Positions 1-8,106 of a DNA stretch of 55,452 nt are shown in pieces. How positions within the stretch are numbered: position 1 is the first letter of the stretch; each line of letters opens with the position of its first letter. Source of the stretch: a virus (lineage: Duplodnaviria; Caudoviricetes); IMG/VR virus record IMGVR_UViG_3300021408_000080, positions 1-55,452 of that record. The stretch is one strand, 5' to 3'. The translations under genes were made by a program, and so were the position numbers. The notes beneath the pieces were generated by a model. The model searched no databases. It saw only the letters and a program-made list of their open reading frames with translations, and was not told the origin of the DNA.

Positions 1-782
1 AAGCCATGCGGGCTGAGAAGGTCTTCCAGCCTGCGCGTTTCGGTATCGCTGAGGGAGCCCGCGATCTCCCTGCCGATCAACTGCTCGATCTCGGTGGCCT
101 GCCGGCGCAGCATCGAGAGATTGTCCATGAGCCCGCGGCGCTCGCGGTCGTCGCGTTCCTTCTTCTCGCGCGCCATGCGCTGCTCATCGGCCTTCGCCTT
201 GGCCGCGGCGGCCTCAGCTTCGATGCGGCGCTGCTCGGCCTCATTGGCCTTGCGCTGCGCTTCCAACTCGCGATCACGCGCCGCGCGCTCTTCGCGTTCG
301 GCTGTCTCCCGGCGCTCGCGCGCTTCATCGGCCTCGCGTTGCAGGCGGGTGGCTTCCTCCCGCTCTTTCTGGGCCCGCGCTTCCCGCGCCTGGCGCTCGT
401 GCTCCCGGACGATCTCCTGATAGGCGGTGTAGCGGCCCTTGATGTCGTCGTGGGTCTTCTTGACCCTCTCCAGCGGCGTGGTGAAGAACGCATAGATGGT
501 GTCGGACACCTTCTGCCACGGCGCCTTCTCGGACGTGCGGTGCGCCTTCCAGGCGGCCATGCTCTCTGTCATCGAGCGCAGCAGGGTCTGGACGTCCTTG
601 GCTGTCGCCTCGTCCTCGATCCGTGCCGGGACAGCCTTCGCCGAGGCCAAAAGCTCATCGGCCCGCTTCTCGACCTCGGGGAACCGGACGCGCACATCCT
701 CCTGGGCATCCAGCGGCGTGGGCGCCTCGATCGGCGGCTTGTTGTGAGTCCGGCCGACTGACCGGGCGAATTCTTCACTCAT
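1..782 (-). CDS. Coiled-coil phage protein, runs off left edge (not in ORF track)
   Basis: ATG at 782 overlaps stop of exonuclease gene (ATGA); MSEEFARSVGRTHNKPP... followed by E/R/A-rich heptads; the + strand 6..761 ORF is its antisense shadow. Confidence 0.8.
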   Translation of the reverse strand, partial: MSEEFARSVGRTHNKPPIEAPTPLDAQEDVRVRFPEVEKRADELLASAKAVPARIEDEATAKDVQTLLRSMTESMAAWKAHRTSEKAPWQKVSDTIYAFFTTPLERVKKTHDDIKGRYTAYQEIVREHERQAREARAQKEREEATRLQREADEARERRETAEREERAARDRELEAQRKANEAEQRRIEAEAAAAKAKADEQRMAREKKERDDRERRGLMDNLSMLRRQATEIEQLIGREIAGSLSDTETRRLEDLLSPHG

Positions 783-2053
783 GATCTGGCTCGCTTTCTG
801 CCGAAGGTGGGTGGGGGTAGCTTGGTGAAGTCGACGGGAGCAGTGATGATCTCGACGCGCTTGCCGCTGCGGGACTCGTAGGCCTTGATCGTGATCGGCT
901 TGGCGCAGAGATAGCCCCACATATCGTAGGGGTCTTTGCGGTCGCCGTTGACCTCGCAGCGCAGGATCTGCATGCCCGTCGGCTGTTCGGTCAGGAAGTC
1001 GCGCTCGGGCTCGCGCCAGATGCGCGCAACGACGGGCGGGGTGTGGCGGTTGAGGCGACGCTCGTAGAAGCCGCATTGCGGAGTGGGCGGAATCACCTGC
1101 CCGCGGGCGCGAAGCTCTTCCTTCCACCACTCGAACGGATCGGCCATGGCCGGGACCACGCGCGGCGGCCGTGCGCCGCGCTCGAACATGCTCTCGTACA
1201 GCGCCTCGGCATCGAGCAGGCGGAGCATGTCGCGGATGGCCGGCTCGCTCGGGGCTTGCGGCCGCAACGACATGATCTCACCGGGCCATGGCGCCATGCA
1301 CTTCAGTGTCACCAGTTTGCGGTAGAGCCCGAAGTTCGGCGCTTCCTTCCGCAAGGAGTCGCGAATCCTGGTCCGCCCCGTCCATTCGCTCGGCTTGTTC
1401 AACGCCTTGCGGAGACCTTCGAGCGAGCCAAACCGGCGGATCAGGCCTGAGGCCGTCTTCAACCCGATGCCGGGCACGCCCGGGATGTTGTCGACGGCAT
1501 CGCCGCATAGCGCCTGAACGTCAGGCACCAGGTGCGGCTCGACGCCGAACTTCTTGAGCACGTCCGCCTCGAGCACGCGGGTACGCTCGACCGGGTTCGC
1601 GATCTCTACGACGTTGTCTTCGACCAGCTGGCAGAAGTCTTTGTCGATCGAGACGATGGTGGTGCGCATCTGCGATGCCTTGCCGATGGTGGCGAGGGTC
1701 GCGATCATGTCGTCGGCCTCGTAGCCGACGAGCTCCACCGGCTCGAACCCCATGACGTGGGCCGCCTCGCGCAGGATCGGCATCTGCCGGTTCAGATCCT
1801 CGGGCCGTATGCGGTGCGCCTTGTATTGCGGATACAGCTTGTGCCGGAAGGTCGGGCCGGGCGCGTCGAACACGGCCGCGGCGAACTGGTAGGGGTCCTT
1901 GTCGGCGCGGTCGATCATCTTCGACAGCAGCGACATGAACCCGATGATCGCGTGCGTGGGCATGCCGTCGGAGCGGAATCGCGGGGACAGTGCATGGTAT
2001 GCCCTGTAAGCAAAACCTGAGGAGTCGATCAGCAAAAGGTGGCCAGCAGTCAC
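779..2053 (-). CDS. 5'-3' exonuclease (PolA N-terminal/FEN-like) with C-terminal phage domain
   Basis: LLLIDSSGFAYRAYHAL, VFDAPGPTFRHKLYPQYKAHR, YEADDMIATL, DKDFCQL, H3TH motif LCGDAVDNIPGVPGIGLKTA. Confidence 0.93.
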   Translation of the reverse strand: MTAGHLLLIDSSGFAYRAYHALSPRFRSDGMPTHAIIGFMSLLSKMIDRADKDPYQFAAAVFDAPGPTFRHKLYPQYKAHRIRPEDLNRQMPILREAAHVMGFEPVELVGYEADDMIATLATIGKASQMRTTIVSIDKDFCQLVEDNVVEIANPVERTRVLEADVLKKFGVEPHLVPDVQALCGDAVDNIPGVPGIGLKTASGLIRRFGSLEGLRKALNKPSEWTGRTRIRDSLRKEAPNFGLYRKLVTLKCMAPWPGEIMSLRPQAPSEPAIRDMLRLLDAEALYESMFERGARPPRVVPAMADPFEWWKEELRARGQVIPPTPQCGFYERRLNRHTPPVVARIWREPERDFLTEQPTGMQILRCEVNGDRKDPYDMWGYLCAKPITIKAYESRSGKRVEIITAPVDFTKLPPPTFGRKRARS

Positions 2054-2253
2054 CGCTTTTCCTTGCGTGGGGGCGGATCGATGGAGTGATAGATGGACGA
2101 CCGGCCCTCGGTTATGGCCAGCACCGCTTCCTCAAGACCAGCGCGCTTGCCATTTTGGAAAGAGGATTCGCGGGCGGCCTTCTCGGCTTCGCGCTTCACC
2201 CAGTCCAGGCGCCAATTCAGGAGTTCTGTGGTGATCTTGGGAGGCTCGGTCAT
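2050..2253 (-). CDS. Hypothetical protein
   Basis: ORF overlapping exonuclease start (GTGA); start MTEPPK chosen. Confidence 0.55.
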   Translation of the reverse strand: MTEPPKITTELLNWRLDWVKREAEKAARESSFQNGKRAGLEEAVLAITEGRSSIYHSIDPPPRKEKR

Positions 2254-2283
2254 CGGCTCGCGGGCATGCGCTGAACCCCTCAT

Positions 2284-2397
2284 TTCTCGCGCGAATCATT
2301 ACCCTGATTTCCCACGCCCTACAAACCAAAACACATTGCAGCGTTTCTGTTTGTAGAACACCACAATATGTAGACTCGCGCGCATGCAGATGATTCG
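2284..2397. promoter_or_regulatory. Divergent promoter/operator region
   Basis: AT-rich gap between divergent genes; inverted repeat CTACAAAC (2319-2326)/GTTTGTAG (2349-2356); GANTC sites at both ends. Confidence 0.6.
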
Positions 2398-2710
2398 CTG
2401 GCGTGAGAAGAATGGGCTGAGTTACCGCAATGCCGGCGAACTCTTCGGTCTAGGCCCTAGTCACACATACAGAATTGAGAAGGGGCTGACGTTCCCTCGG
2501 CCGGAAGTCGCCGATAGAATCGAGCAGGTGACACAAGCTATGGGGCCATCAGGGGTCGGTTTGGATGACCACCTCCATGCTTGGCGCCGGAGTCATCCAC
2601 AGGAAACTGAAGCCGTGCGTGCGGCCAGCCGCGCCGCCGTCAAGGCTTTCAACAACGCGGCGAACGGGCCCAAGGAGGGCCAAAAAGATGGCAAGCAAAG
2701 CAAACGGTAA
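2384..2710 (+). CDS. Cro/XRE-like HTH regulator
   Basis: WREKNGLSYRNAGELFGLGPSHTYRIEKGLTFPRPE; first gene of rightward arm. Confidence 0.8.
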   Translation: MQMIRWREKNGLSYRNAGELFGLGPSHTYRIEKGLTFPRPEVADRIEQVTQAMGPSGVGLDDHLHAWRRSHPQETEAVRAASRAAVKAFNNAANGPKEGQKDGKQSKR

Positions 2711-3137
2711 GGGCCACGGCGGCGGGAAGGCGGCCGCTCCGAAGAAGGCGGCGAAAGCAGATGCCCCGAAAGCAGACCGCCGGAAGAACGTCGGCATCAG
2801 CAAGGCTGCGGCCCGGGAATTCGCGGAAGAATACAACCGCCTATTGGACGAGAAGGAAACTCTCGCTGGCGAGGCGATGTCCGACGTCAAGAACCTGATC
2901 GAGCGGGCATCGAACCAAACCGGCATGCCGCGCGCGATCATGCGCCAGGCCCTTCAGGACCAACGCCAGGAAAAGAAGCGCCACGCGAAGGAAAAGGAAA
3001 TGGAGCCCGAGGAGCGCCAGCAGCTGAAATCCGTGCGCGATGCGCTCGGGGTTTTCATCAACACGCCGCTGGGCCAATCGGCGGCACAGCGGGATGACGC
3101 GGGCGAGCGGCCGTCGGAAGTGGATGACGCCGGTTAA
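2688..3137 (+). CDS. gapR: GapR/DUF2312-like DNA-binding protein with Lys/Ala-rich N-terminal tail
   Basis: EEYNRLLDEKETLA...DVKNLIERAS..GMPRAIMRQAL...DALGVFINTPLG resembles the GapR helical pattern. Confidence 0.6.
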   Translation: MASKANGKGHGGGKAAAPKKAAKADAPKADRRKNVGISKAAAREFAEEYNRLLDEKETLAGEAMSDVKNLIERASNQTGMPRAIMRQALQDQRQEKKRHAKEKEMEPEERQQLKSVRDALGVFINTPLGQSAAQRDDAGERPSEVDDAG

Positions 3138-3685
3138 TGCGTGGCTTGGGGATCGATTGCGGTTTTCGGACCGGCTTTGGAGCACTCGGAGGCAGGAAAG
3201 CCCCTGCCTCCGGGTCCTACCACCTGGCTGGGTCGTCGGCTGAAATGGGCCAGGCCTTCGCCTCGCTCGTGCCGATCGTCAATGGCCTGATCGTTTCCCA
3301 GAAGCCTGACTTCATCGTGGTCGCCATGCCGTTCATCGGCCAGAAGGTGACGCCGGTCCAGCTTATCCCCATCATGGCGTTCCCCTGCCGCGTGCAGGAG
3401 ATCGCCGACGAACACAGCATCCCGTTCTACCGGATTGCCGAGTCTGACGCGCGCAAGGCGCTGCTCGGCTTTGTCCCCGGTGGAAGCGATGCGATCAAGA
3501 AGGCCGTTGTCTCCGGATGCCGCCAGCGCGGCTGGCCCTGCTGCGACAATCACGCGGGCGACGCGCTGTGCGTGGTCGACTTCAAGCTGAACGAGCTCGA
3601 TCCGAAGGGCGCCCATGAGCGCACCCCCCTCTTCATCAGCGCCGGCCTGGCCCGCGCGAAGCAGAAGAAGGCGATCACGGCATGA
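3137..3685 (+). CDS. RuvC-like resolvase fold protein
   Basis: GLGIDCGFRTGFG N-terminal motif; KPDFIVV; DNHAGDALCV C-terminal motif. Confidence 0.7.
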   Translation: MRGLGIDCGFRTGFGALGGRKAPASGSYHLAGSSAEMGQAFASLVPIVNGLIVSQKPDFIVVAMPFIGQKVTPVQLIPIMAFPCRVQEIADEHSIPFYRIAESDARKALLGFVPGGSDAIKKAVVSGCRQRGWPCCDNHAGDALCVVDFKLNELDPKGAHERTPLFISAGLARAKQKKAITA

Positions 3686-5046
3686 GCGAAGGGCCCAAGT
3701 TCTGGTACGTGGTCGGCTCGATCGCGGATGATGAGCACGTGGTCTTCGTGGTGCACGAGACCACGCCGGATATCTTCCGCCGGGTCGCCGCCTTCACGAA
3801 CAAGGTTCGCGCCGAAGACTATGCCGAAATGGAGAACGACTTCAGGCCTGGGCGTGGCACCGTGGACGAACTGCTCCAGGGCCGCGATGGCGACGACCAG
3901 CCCGCCGCGGCGCACGTGGCCGAGCCGAGATCCGCGCTGAGCGTTCGCCGCACCACTGTCGTGGAGACCACCCGGACCAGGATCGCGCATCAGGAAGAAG
4001 TAGGGGAGGACACACCAGAGAGCGGGGCTAGTGGCTCTCACGTGTGGGCCCTCCCCCGAGTTACTGCCGTGCCGGATCGCCCGGTTGAGCAGGTTGCCGT
4101 AGCTCCTTCGGCCTCGGCTGGCGCGATCACAACTGCCGACGCGCCCAAAAGTGCCGTTCCTGGGGGAATTATCCACAGCACTTCGCTCACCGAGAGCGAG
4201 GCCAAGGTGTTCGAGGCCCTCGTGGGCTTCGCCGCCCGCATGCACAAGCCCAGCATAGCGCAGATCGCCATCACCTCTGGCGTGCCCAACGGCAGCATCA
4301 CGCACCTGCTGCTCGCGCTCGAGCGTAAAGGCTACATCAAGAACGATGGCGTGCGCTTCGCGCCGGACTATCGCGTTATCGTCCAAGGCAAGCCCATCGT
4401 GGAAACGCCGATGGTTGCCGAGCCACCGTTGCCGAGCCCGGCGACCGCCAAGATCGAGCCCCAGGACGATCCGGTTGAAGCGCCGCTGAGCGCCGCCGAT
4501 CTGAGCGACCGCCAGCGTTCGGCGCTGATCTGCGTGAGCAGGGACGACCTGAGCGACCGCACGTTGGCGCTCGCCAGTATCGGCACGCACGAGCTTCCGA
4601 AGATCCTGCTCAGGCTGCGGGATTTCGAACTGATCGGGCTGGGCGTTGGCGGCAAGTGGCACCTGCTCCCCGACGGCGAGCGCATCGCCAATGAGATCAA
4701 GACCAAGAAGGGGCCTGGTCCGGTCGAAGCGAAGATCTCGATGCCGGTGGTTCGCCAGCCGGCGCCGGAGAAGCACAAGGACGTGTCGCTCAAGCACGAC
4801 CAAGCCGCTAAAGACGCCGTCGCCAGGTTCACGGAAACAGGCGGTGTGCGTAAATTCCACGAGGCAGATTCGGCGGCGCACTTCAACATTGCCGACTACT
4901 TAACGAGGAAGGGCCACCATGTGAGTGGCGCCAGCGCATGGAAGTCGGCGTGGATGATCGACGGAAAACGAATGGATTGGGACGCGGTGGTGTCCCTGGT
5001 GAACAAGCACCGGGTGCAAGCCGAGCTCCCGCCCCTGACATTTTGA
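3682..5046 (+). CDS. Multi-domain protein with LexA-like winged HTH
   Basis: LTESEAKVFEAL...PSIAQIAITSGV..GSITHLLLALERKGYI; possible second wHTH at LSDRQRSAL. Confidence 0.6.
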   Translation: MSEGPKFWYVVGSIADDEHVVFVVHETTPDIFRRVAAFTNKVRAEDYAEMENDFRPGRGTVDELLQGRDGDDQPAAAHVAEPRSALSVRRTTVVETTRTRIAHQEEVGEDTPESGASGSHVWALPRVTAVPDRPVEQVAVAPSASAGAITTADAPKSAVPGGIIHSTSLTESEAKVFEALVGFAARMHKPSIAQIAITSGVPNGSITHLLLALERKGYIKNDGVRFAPDYRVIVQGKPIVETPMVAEPPLPSPATAKIEPQDDPVEAPLSAADLSDRQRSALICVSRDDLSDRTLALASIGTHELPKILLRLRDFELIGLGVGGKWHLLPDGERIANEIKTKKGPGPVEAKISMPVVRQPAPEKHKDVSLKHDQAAKDAVARFTETGGVRKFHEADSAAHFNIADYLTRKGHHVSGASAWKSAWMIDGKRMDWDAVVSLVNKHRVQAELPPLTF

Positions 5047-5543
5047 GCGATCGCGATTTCGGGCGCGCGATCGTGACACAACGGAACTACCTGATTGCAT
5101 TTGCCAGGGCGAGGCTTCACCGCTCGCGCGATGATGCCGAAGACCTGGCGCAGACCACTCTTCTCAAGGCGTGGGAGCATCGGATGCAGTTCAAGCCCGG
5201 CTCCAACATGAAGGCCTGGCTCTTCACGATCCTGCGCAACGCCAATTTCGGGCAGCTGCGCCGGCTGAAGATCCACAACCCGATCTCGTCCACCGTCGAG
5301 AACAACACTGGCGAGAGCGTCGCCTACGACGTGGCCATCCCGGGCAATCAGGAAGACTCCGCCAACCTCCGGGACATCCTGGAAGCGTTCAAGCGCCTGC
5401 CGATCAATCAGATTGATAGCCTGCTGCTGCTCACGCGCGGGCACTCCTACGAGAAGGTTGCCGACAACGTCTGCGCCCCGGTAGGAACCGTGAAGAGCCG
5501 CGTCGCCCGCGCGCGCAAAGCCCTCAGGAAAGCTTGTGGATGA
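5043..5543 (+). CDS. ECF sigma-70 factor, EcfG/SigT-like
   Basis: TTG start overlapping upstream TGA; DAEDLAQTTLLKAW...FKPGSNMKAWLFTILRN (region 2) and SYEKVADNVCAPVGTVKSRVARAR (region 4). Confidence 0.9.
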   Translation: MSDRDFGRAIVTQRNYLIAFARARLHRSRDDAEDLAQTTLLKAWEHRMQFKPGSNMKAWLFTILRNANFGQLRRLKIHNPISSTVENNTGESVAYDVAIPGNQEDSANLRDILEAFKRLPINQIDSLLLLTRGHSYEKVADNVCAPVGTVKSRVARARKALRKACG

Positions 5544-5815
5544 CCGCGAAAACCCATTTGAAACGTGTGAGCTATTGCCAGTGGGCGGTTGAAGGGCCGC
5601 GGCGGGACGTCATTATCCGCCGCAACGGGCGCCGGTTCCAGGTGTTCGAGCGGGGTAAGCCGATGCTCGACGGGTTCTTCCACGAGACGTTCAGCCGCTT
5701 CTATCAGGCTGAGGCTTATGCCAGGACCCTCGCCGGCCTACCCGTCGTGTCGGTTATCCATCACGAAGAGCAATCGCTCTCGGTGCGGGCGTTCCTCGCC
5801 TCGCGGGCGTCATGA
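5540..5815 (+). CDS. Hypothetical protein
   Basis: ATGA-coupled on both sides. Confidence 0.6.
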   Translation: MTAKTHLKRVSYCQWAVEGPRRDVIIRRNGRRFQVFERGKPMLDGFFHETFSRFYQAEAYARTLAGLPVVSVIHHEEQSLSVRAFLASRAS

Positions 5816-6546
5816 GCAGGCTATCCCGGGCCGTTCAGGAGCGTCACGCCCCGAAAGAGGTCGAGGCCGACTCGCCAGAACGCAAGCGGTGGCGCGAGAT
5901 CGAGTGGTATGCGACCCCGCCATTTGCGACCCGTGCCGGCGCGGAATTGATCAGCCGCTTGAGCCCGGGCGGTATTGACGTCATCTGGGAACCAGCTTGC
6001 GGCGACGGAATCATGGCCGAGTGCCTCAAGCCTTTCTGCGACAGCGTCTTTTCCAGCGACCTTTGCCCTCAAAGCTATGGCGAGACGATCGATTTCCTGT
6101 TGGCCGAGCCGCACGAGTGCGATTGGGTGGTCTCGAATCCTCCCTTTGAGCTTGGCGCTCAGTTCATCACCCAGGGCCTGAAGATGGCGCGCATCGGCGT
6201 AGCGATGCTTTGCCGCCTGGCCTTCATCGAAGGGGCGGGGCGCTATCCCGTGCTCCACGCTGGCCGCCACCCCATGACGATCCTGGCGCCATTTATCGAG
6301 CGCGTGCCGATGCAGTTGGGCCCATGGAACCCGAAATGCAGCACGGCCACGGCCTATGCCTGGTTCATCTTCCTCAAGGAGGCGGAGCGGCCGCCGGACC
6401 AGCACTGGGCGGCGCGCGTGCACCCGATCCCGCCAGGCACGCGGGCGCGGCTTTCCTATCCGGACGATATCCGGCGCTTCTGCAAGGCAACGGGAGCGCC
6501 ATTGCTTGAGGGCGGCGATGCGGTGGACGACCGAGCAGCGGGCTGA
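5812..6546 (+). CDS. SAM-dependent amino-(N6A/N4C) DNA methyltransferase
   Basis: WYATPPFAT, IWEPACGDG (motif I), VVSNPPF (motif IV). Confidence 0.85.
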   Translation: MSRLSRAVQERHAPKEVEADSPERKRWREIEWYATPPFATRAGAELISRLSPGGIDVIWEPACGDGIMAECLKPFCDSVFSSDLCPQSYGETIDFLLAEPHECDWVVSNPPFELGAQFITQGLKMARIGVAMLCRLAFIEGAGRYPVLHAGRHPMTILAPFIERVPMQLGPWNPKCSTATAYAWFIFLKEAERPPDQHWAARVHPIPPGTRARLSYPDDIRRFCKATGAPLLEGGDAVDDRAAG

Positions 6547-7348
6547 ACTCGAGCACCGTTGGAACGTGCTCAAGCAGACGCCCCGCGTCATCAGACGGGA
6601 AATGGGGATCACCCGCGGGCAGCTGGCCGGGCGGGTAACCAAGTACACCCTTCAGTCTCAGGGCGTGCCGCGCTTCCACAACCCCGACGCGCCAGCCGTC
6701 TGGGAAGGCCGGACCAGGTTCCCGGGCCAGGTCACCAGCGAAGGCGCGGCGCTGAAGCCCGGCACCTTCCAACGGAAGCTCGGCAAGCGCGTCACCAAGG
6801 GGAAATGGAAGGGCATGCCGATCTACTCGCTGACGCTGGAAGAGCGCGCGACATGCCCCAAGGACTGCAAGCTGTGGACCGCCTGCTACGGTAACAACCT
6901 ACATTGGGCTAAGCGGATGTCTCACGGCCCTGCGCTGGAGGCGAAGATCTGGGTGGAGCTTCGCGCCCTCGCCCGCCGGCACCGGCGCACGGGCTTCGTG
7001 GTGCGTCTCCACATCCTTGGGGACTTCTGGTCGGTCGGCTATGTCGAGCTCTGGGCCGAGGCCCTGGACGCCTTCCCGGGCTTGCGGGTGTTCGGCTACA
7101 CCGCCTGGCAACCCACAACGCGCATAGGACGCGCGCTGGCGGCTTTGCGGGACCTGAGGTGGGACCGCTTCGCCATCCGGACGTCGGGCGCCACACAGGG
7201 CCCTCGCACGCTCGTGGTGAAGGATGAGCGGGGGGCAAAGCTATCCGGCGCGATCGTGTGCCCGGTCGAGACGGGCAAGACGGCCTGCTGCGGGACGTGC
7301 TCGCTGTGCTGGGCGACGACCAAGCCCATCGTGTTCATCGAGCACTGA
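6518..7348 (+). CDS. GcrA-like HTH fused to Gp88-like (radical-SAM-related) Cys-rich domain
   Basis: N-term MRWTTEQRAELEHRW...IRREMGITRGQLAGRV; then TCPKDCKLWTACY, VRLHILGDF, VFGYT, CPVETGKTACCGTCSLCW. Confidence 0.7.
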   Translation: MRWTTEQRAELEHRWNVLKQTPRVIRREMGITRGQLAGRVTKYTLQSQGVPRFHNPDAPAVWEGRTRFPGQVTSEGAALKPGTFQRKLGKRVTKGKWKGMPIYSLTLEERATCPKDCKLWTACYGNNLHWAKRMSHGPALEAKIWVELRALARRHRRTGFVVRLHILGDFWSVGYVELWAEALDAFPGLRVFGYTAWQPTTRIGRALAALRDLRWDRFAIRTSGATQGPRTLVVKDERGAKLSGAIVCPVETGKTACCGTCSLCWATTKPIVFIEH

Positions 7349-7537
7349 AACTTTATTTCGACCCCCGAAAAAGCGCGCTATTGCTGAATTTCGCAATTTC
7401 GCAAACTGAACGAAATGCTTGCGCCGCAGGTGTCAAGCCCGCGCGAAACAGCGTCCCGCAGCATGATTTATATGGCTTTTCTGAGGGTCGGGAGAGGGCG
7501 TTCGGGAAAATCGAGGAACCCGGTTTGCTAGCATGAC

Positions 7538-7570
7538 CTCCGTCGGGCCGGTTCAGAGGACCCGACGGAG
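7538..7570. repeat. Perfect 10-bp inverted repeat upstream of ORF 7592
   Basis: CTCCGTCGGG ... CCCGACGGAG. Confidence 0.7.
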
Positions 7571-7591
7571 AACCACTAACGGAGGCGTGTC

Positions 7592-7924
7592 ATGCCTGAG
7601 GCCAATAAGCACATCCCAGAACGGGGATCAATCTACGTCATCGAGACGAACCTGCCCGATCCGTTCCCGATCGGCTGGCGCCACTACTCGGCCAGCTTTG
7701 GGCCGAAATGGGTCAATCTCATCATGCTCTCGACCGGCCGGCACATCCGGGTCCCGGTTACCCACATGCCGCCGTGGCACCTCGCACCCAAGAAAATCCA
7801 GCAGCGCGCAGCCCGAAGACTCCGCCGGAACGCAGAGACTTATGGCAACTGGAGCAGCCACTTAAAGAAGACCCTGCGCTATCTGAGGGATCAGCGGTTA
7901 TCCACAATTTCCACAGGCGACTGA
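7592..7924 (+). CDS. Hypothetical protein
   Basis: GGAGG RBS upstream; GC3-biased codons. Confidence 0.7.
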   Translation: MPEANKHIPERGSIYVIETNLPDPFPIGWRHYSASFGPKWVNLIMLSTGRHIRVPVTHMPPWHLAPKKIQQRAARRLRRNAETYGNWSSHLKKTLRYLRDQRLSTISTGD

Positions 7925-7937
7925 ATCCTGTGGATCA
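7898..7937. promoter_or_regulatory. DnaA-box cluster
   Basis: TTATCCACA (7898), ATTTCCACA (7907), inverted TGTGGATCA (7929). Confidence 0.6.
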
Positions 7938-8020
7938 CACCCAGTTAGTACGGGAACGTACTTAGCCTTTGGTGGTAGGGTCACTCCGCCGGGTCCGCCT
8001 TAGCGGGTTGACGCGGTATC

Positions 8021-8089
8021 GGTTCCAGGGTCGGTGGGAAGGCTGCTCTCAGCTTGCCCCCCGACGGCGGCCTCCGCCGACCCGGAACC
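8021..8089 (+). other. Long stem-loop upstream of ProQ/FinO gene (structured leader or sRNA)
   Basis: GGTTCC-GGGTCGGTGG-AGGCTGC pairs with GCGGCCT-CCGCCGACCC-GGAACC. Confidence 0.55.
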
Positions 8090-8106
8090 TAACAAGGGGC
8101 GCAGCT

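Noticed and set aside
6-761. 251-aa plus-strand ORF and the many other long overlapping ORFs (e.g. 3550-4881, 14004-15092, 29088-30134, 34992-36230, 50111-51121)
   Set aside because: Antisense or off-frame shadows of real genes, expected in GC-rich DNA; no motifs or RBS
7349-7537. AT-rich gap with AATTTCGC x2 as a second origin or EcfG promoter
   Set aside because: Too little pattern, and the GGAAC here lacks a properly spaced CGTT; likely a plain promoter region that I cannot define
8021-8089. Possible SRP (4.5S) RNA on the minus strand because of AGCAGCC
   Set aside because: The conserved CAGG-stem-GNRA-stem-AGCA domain is not reproduced
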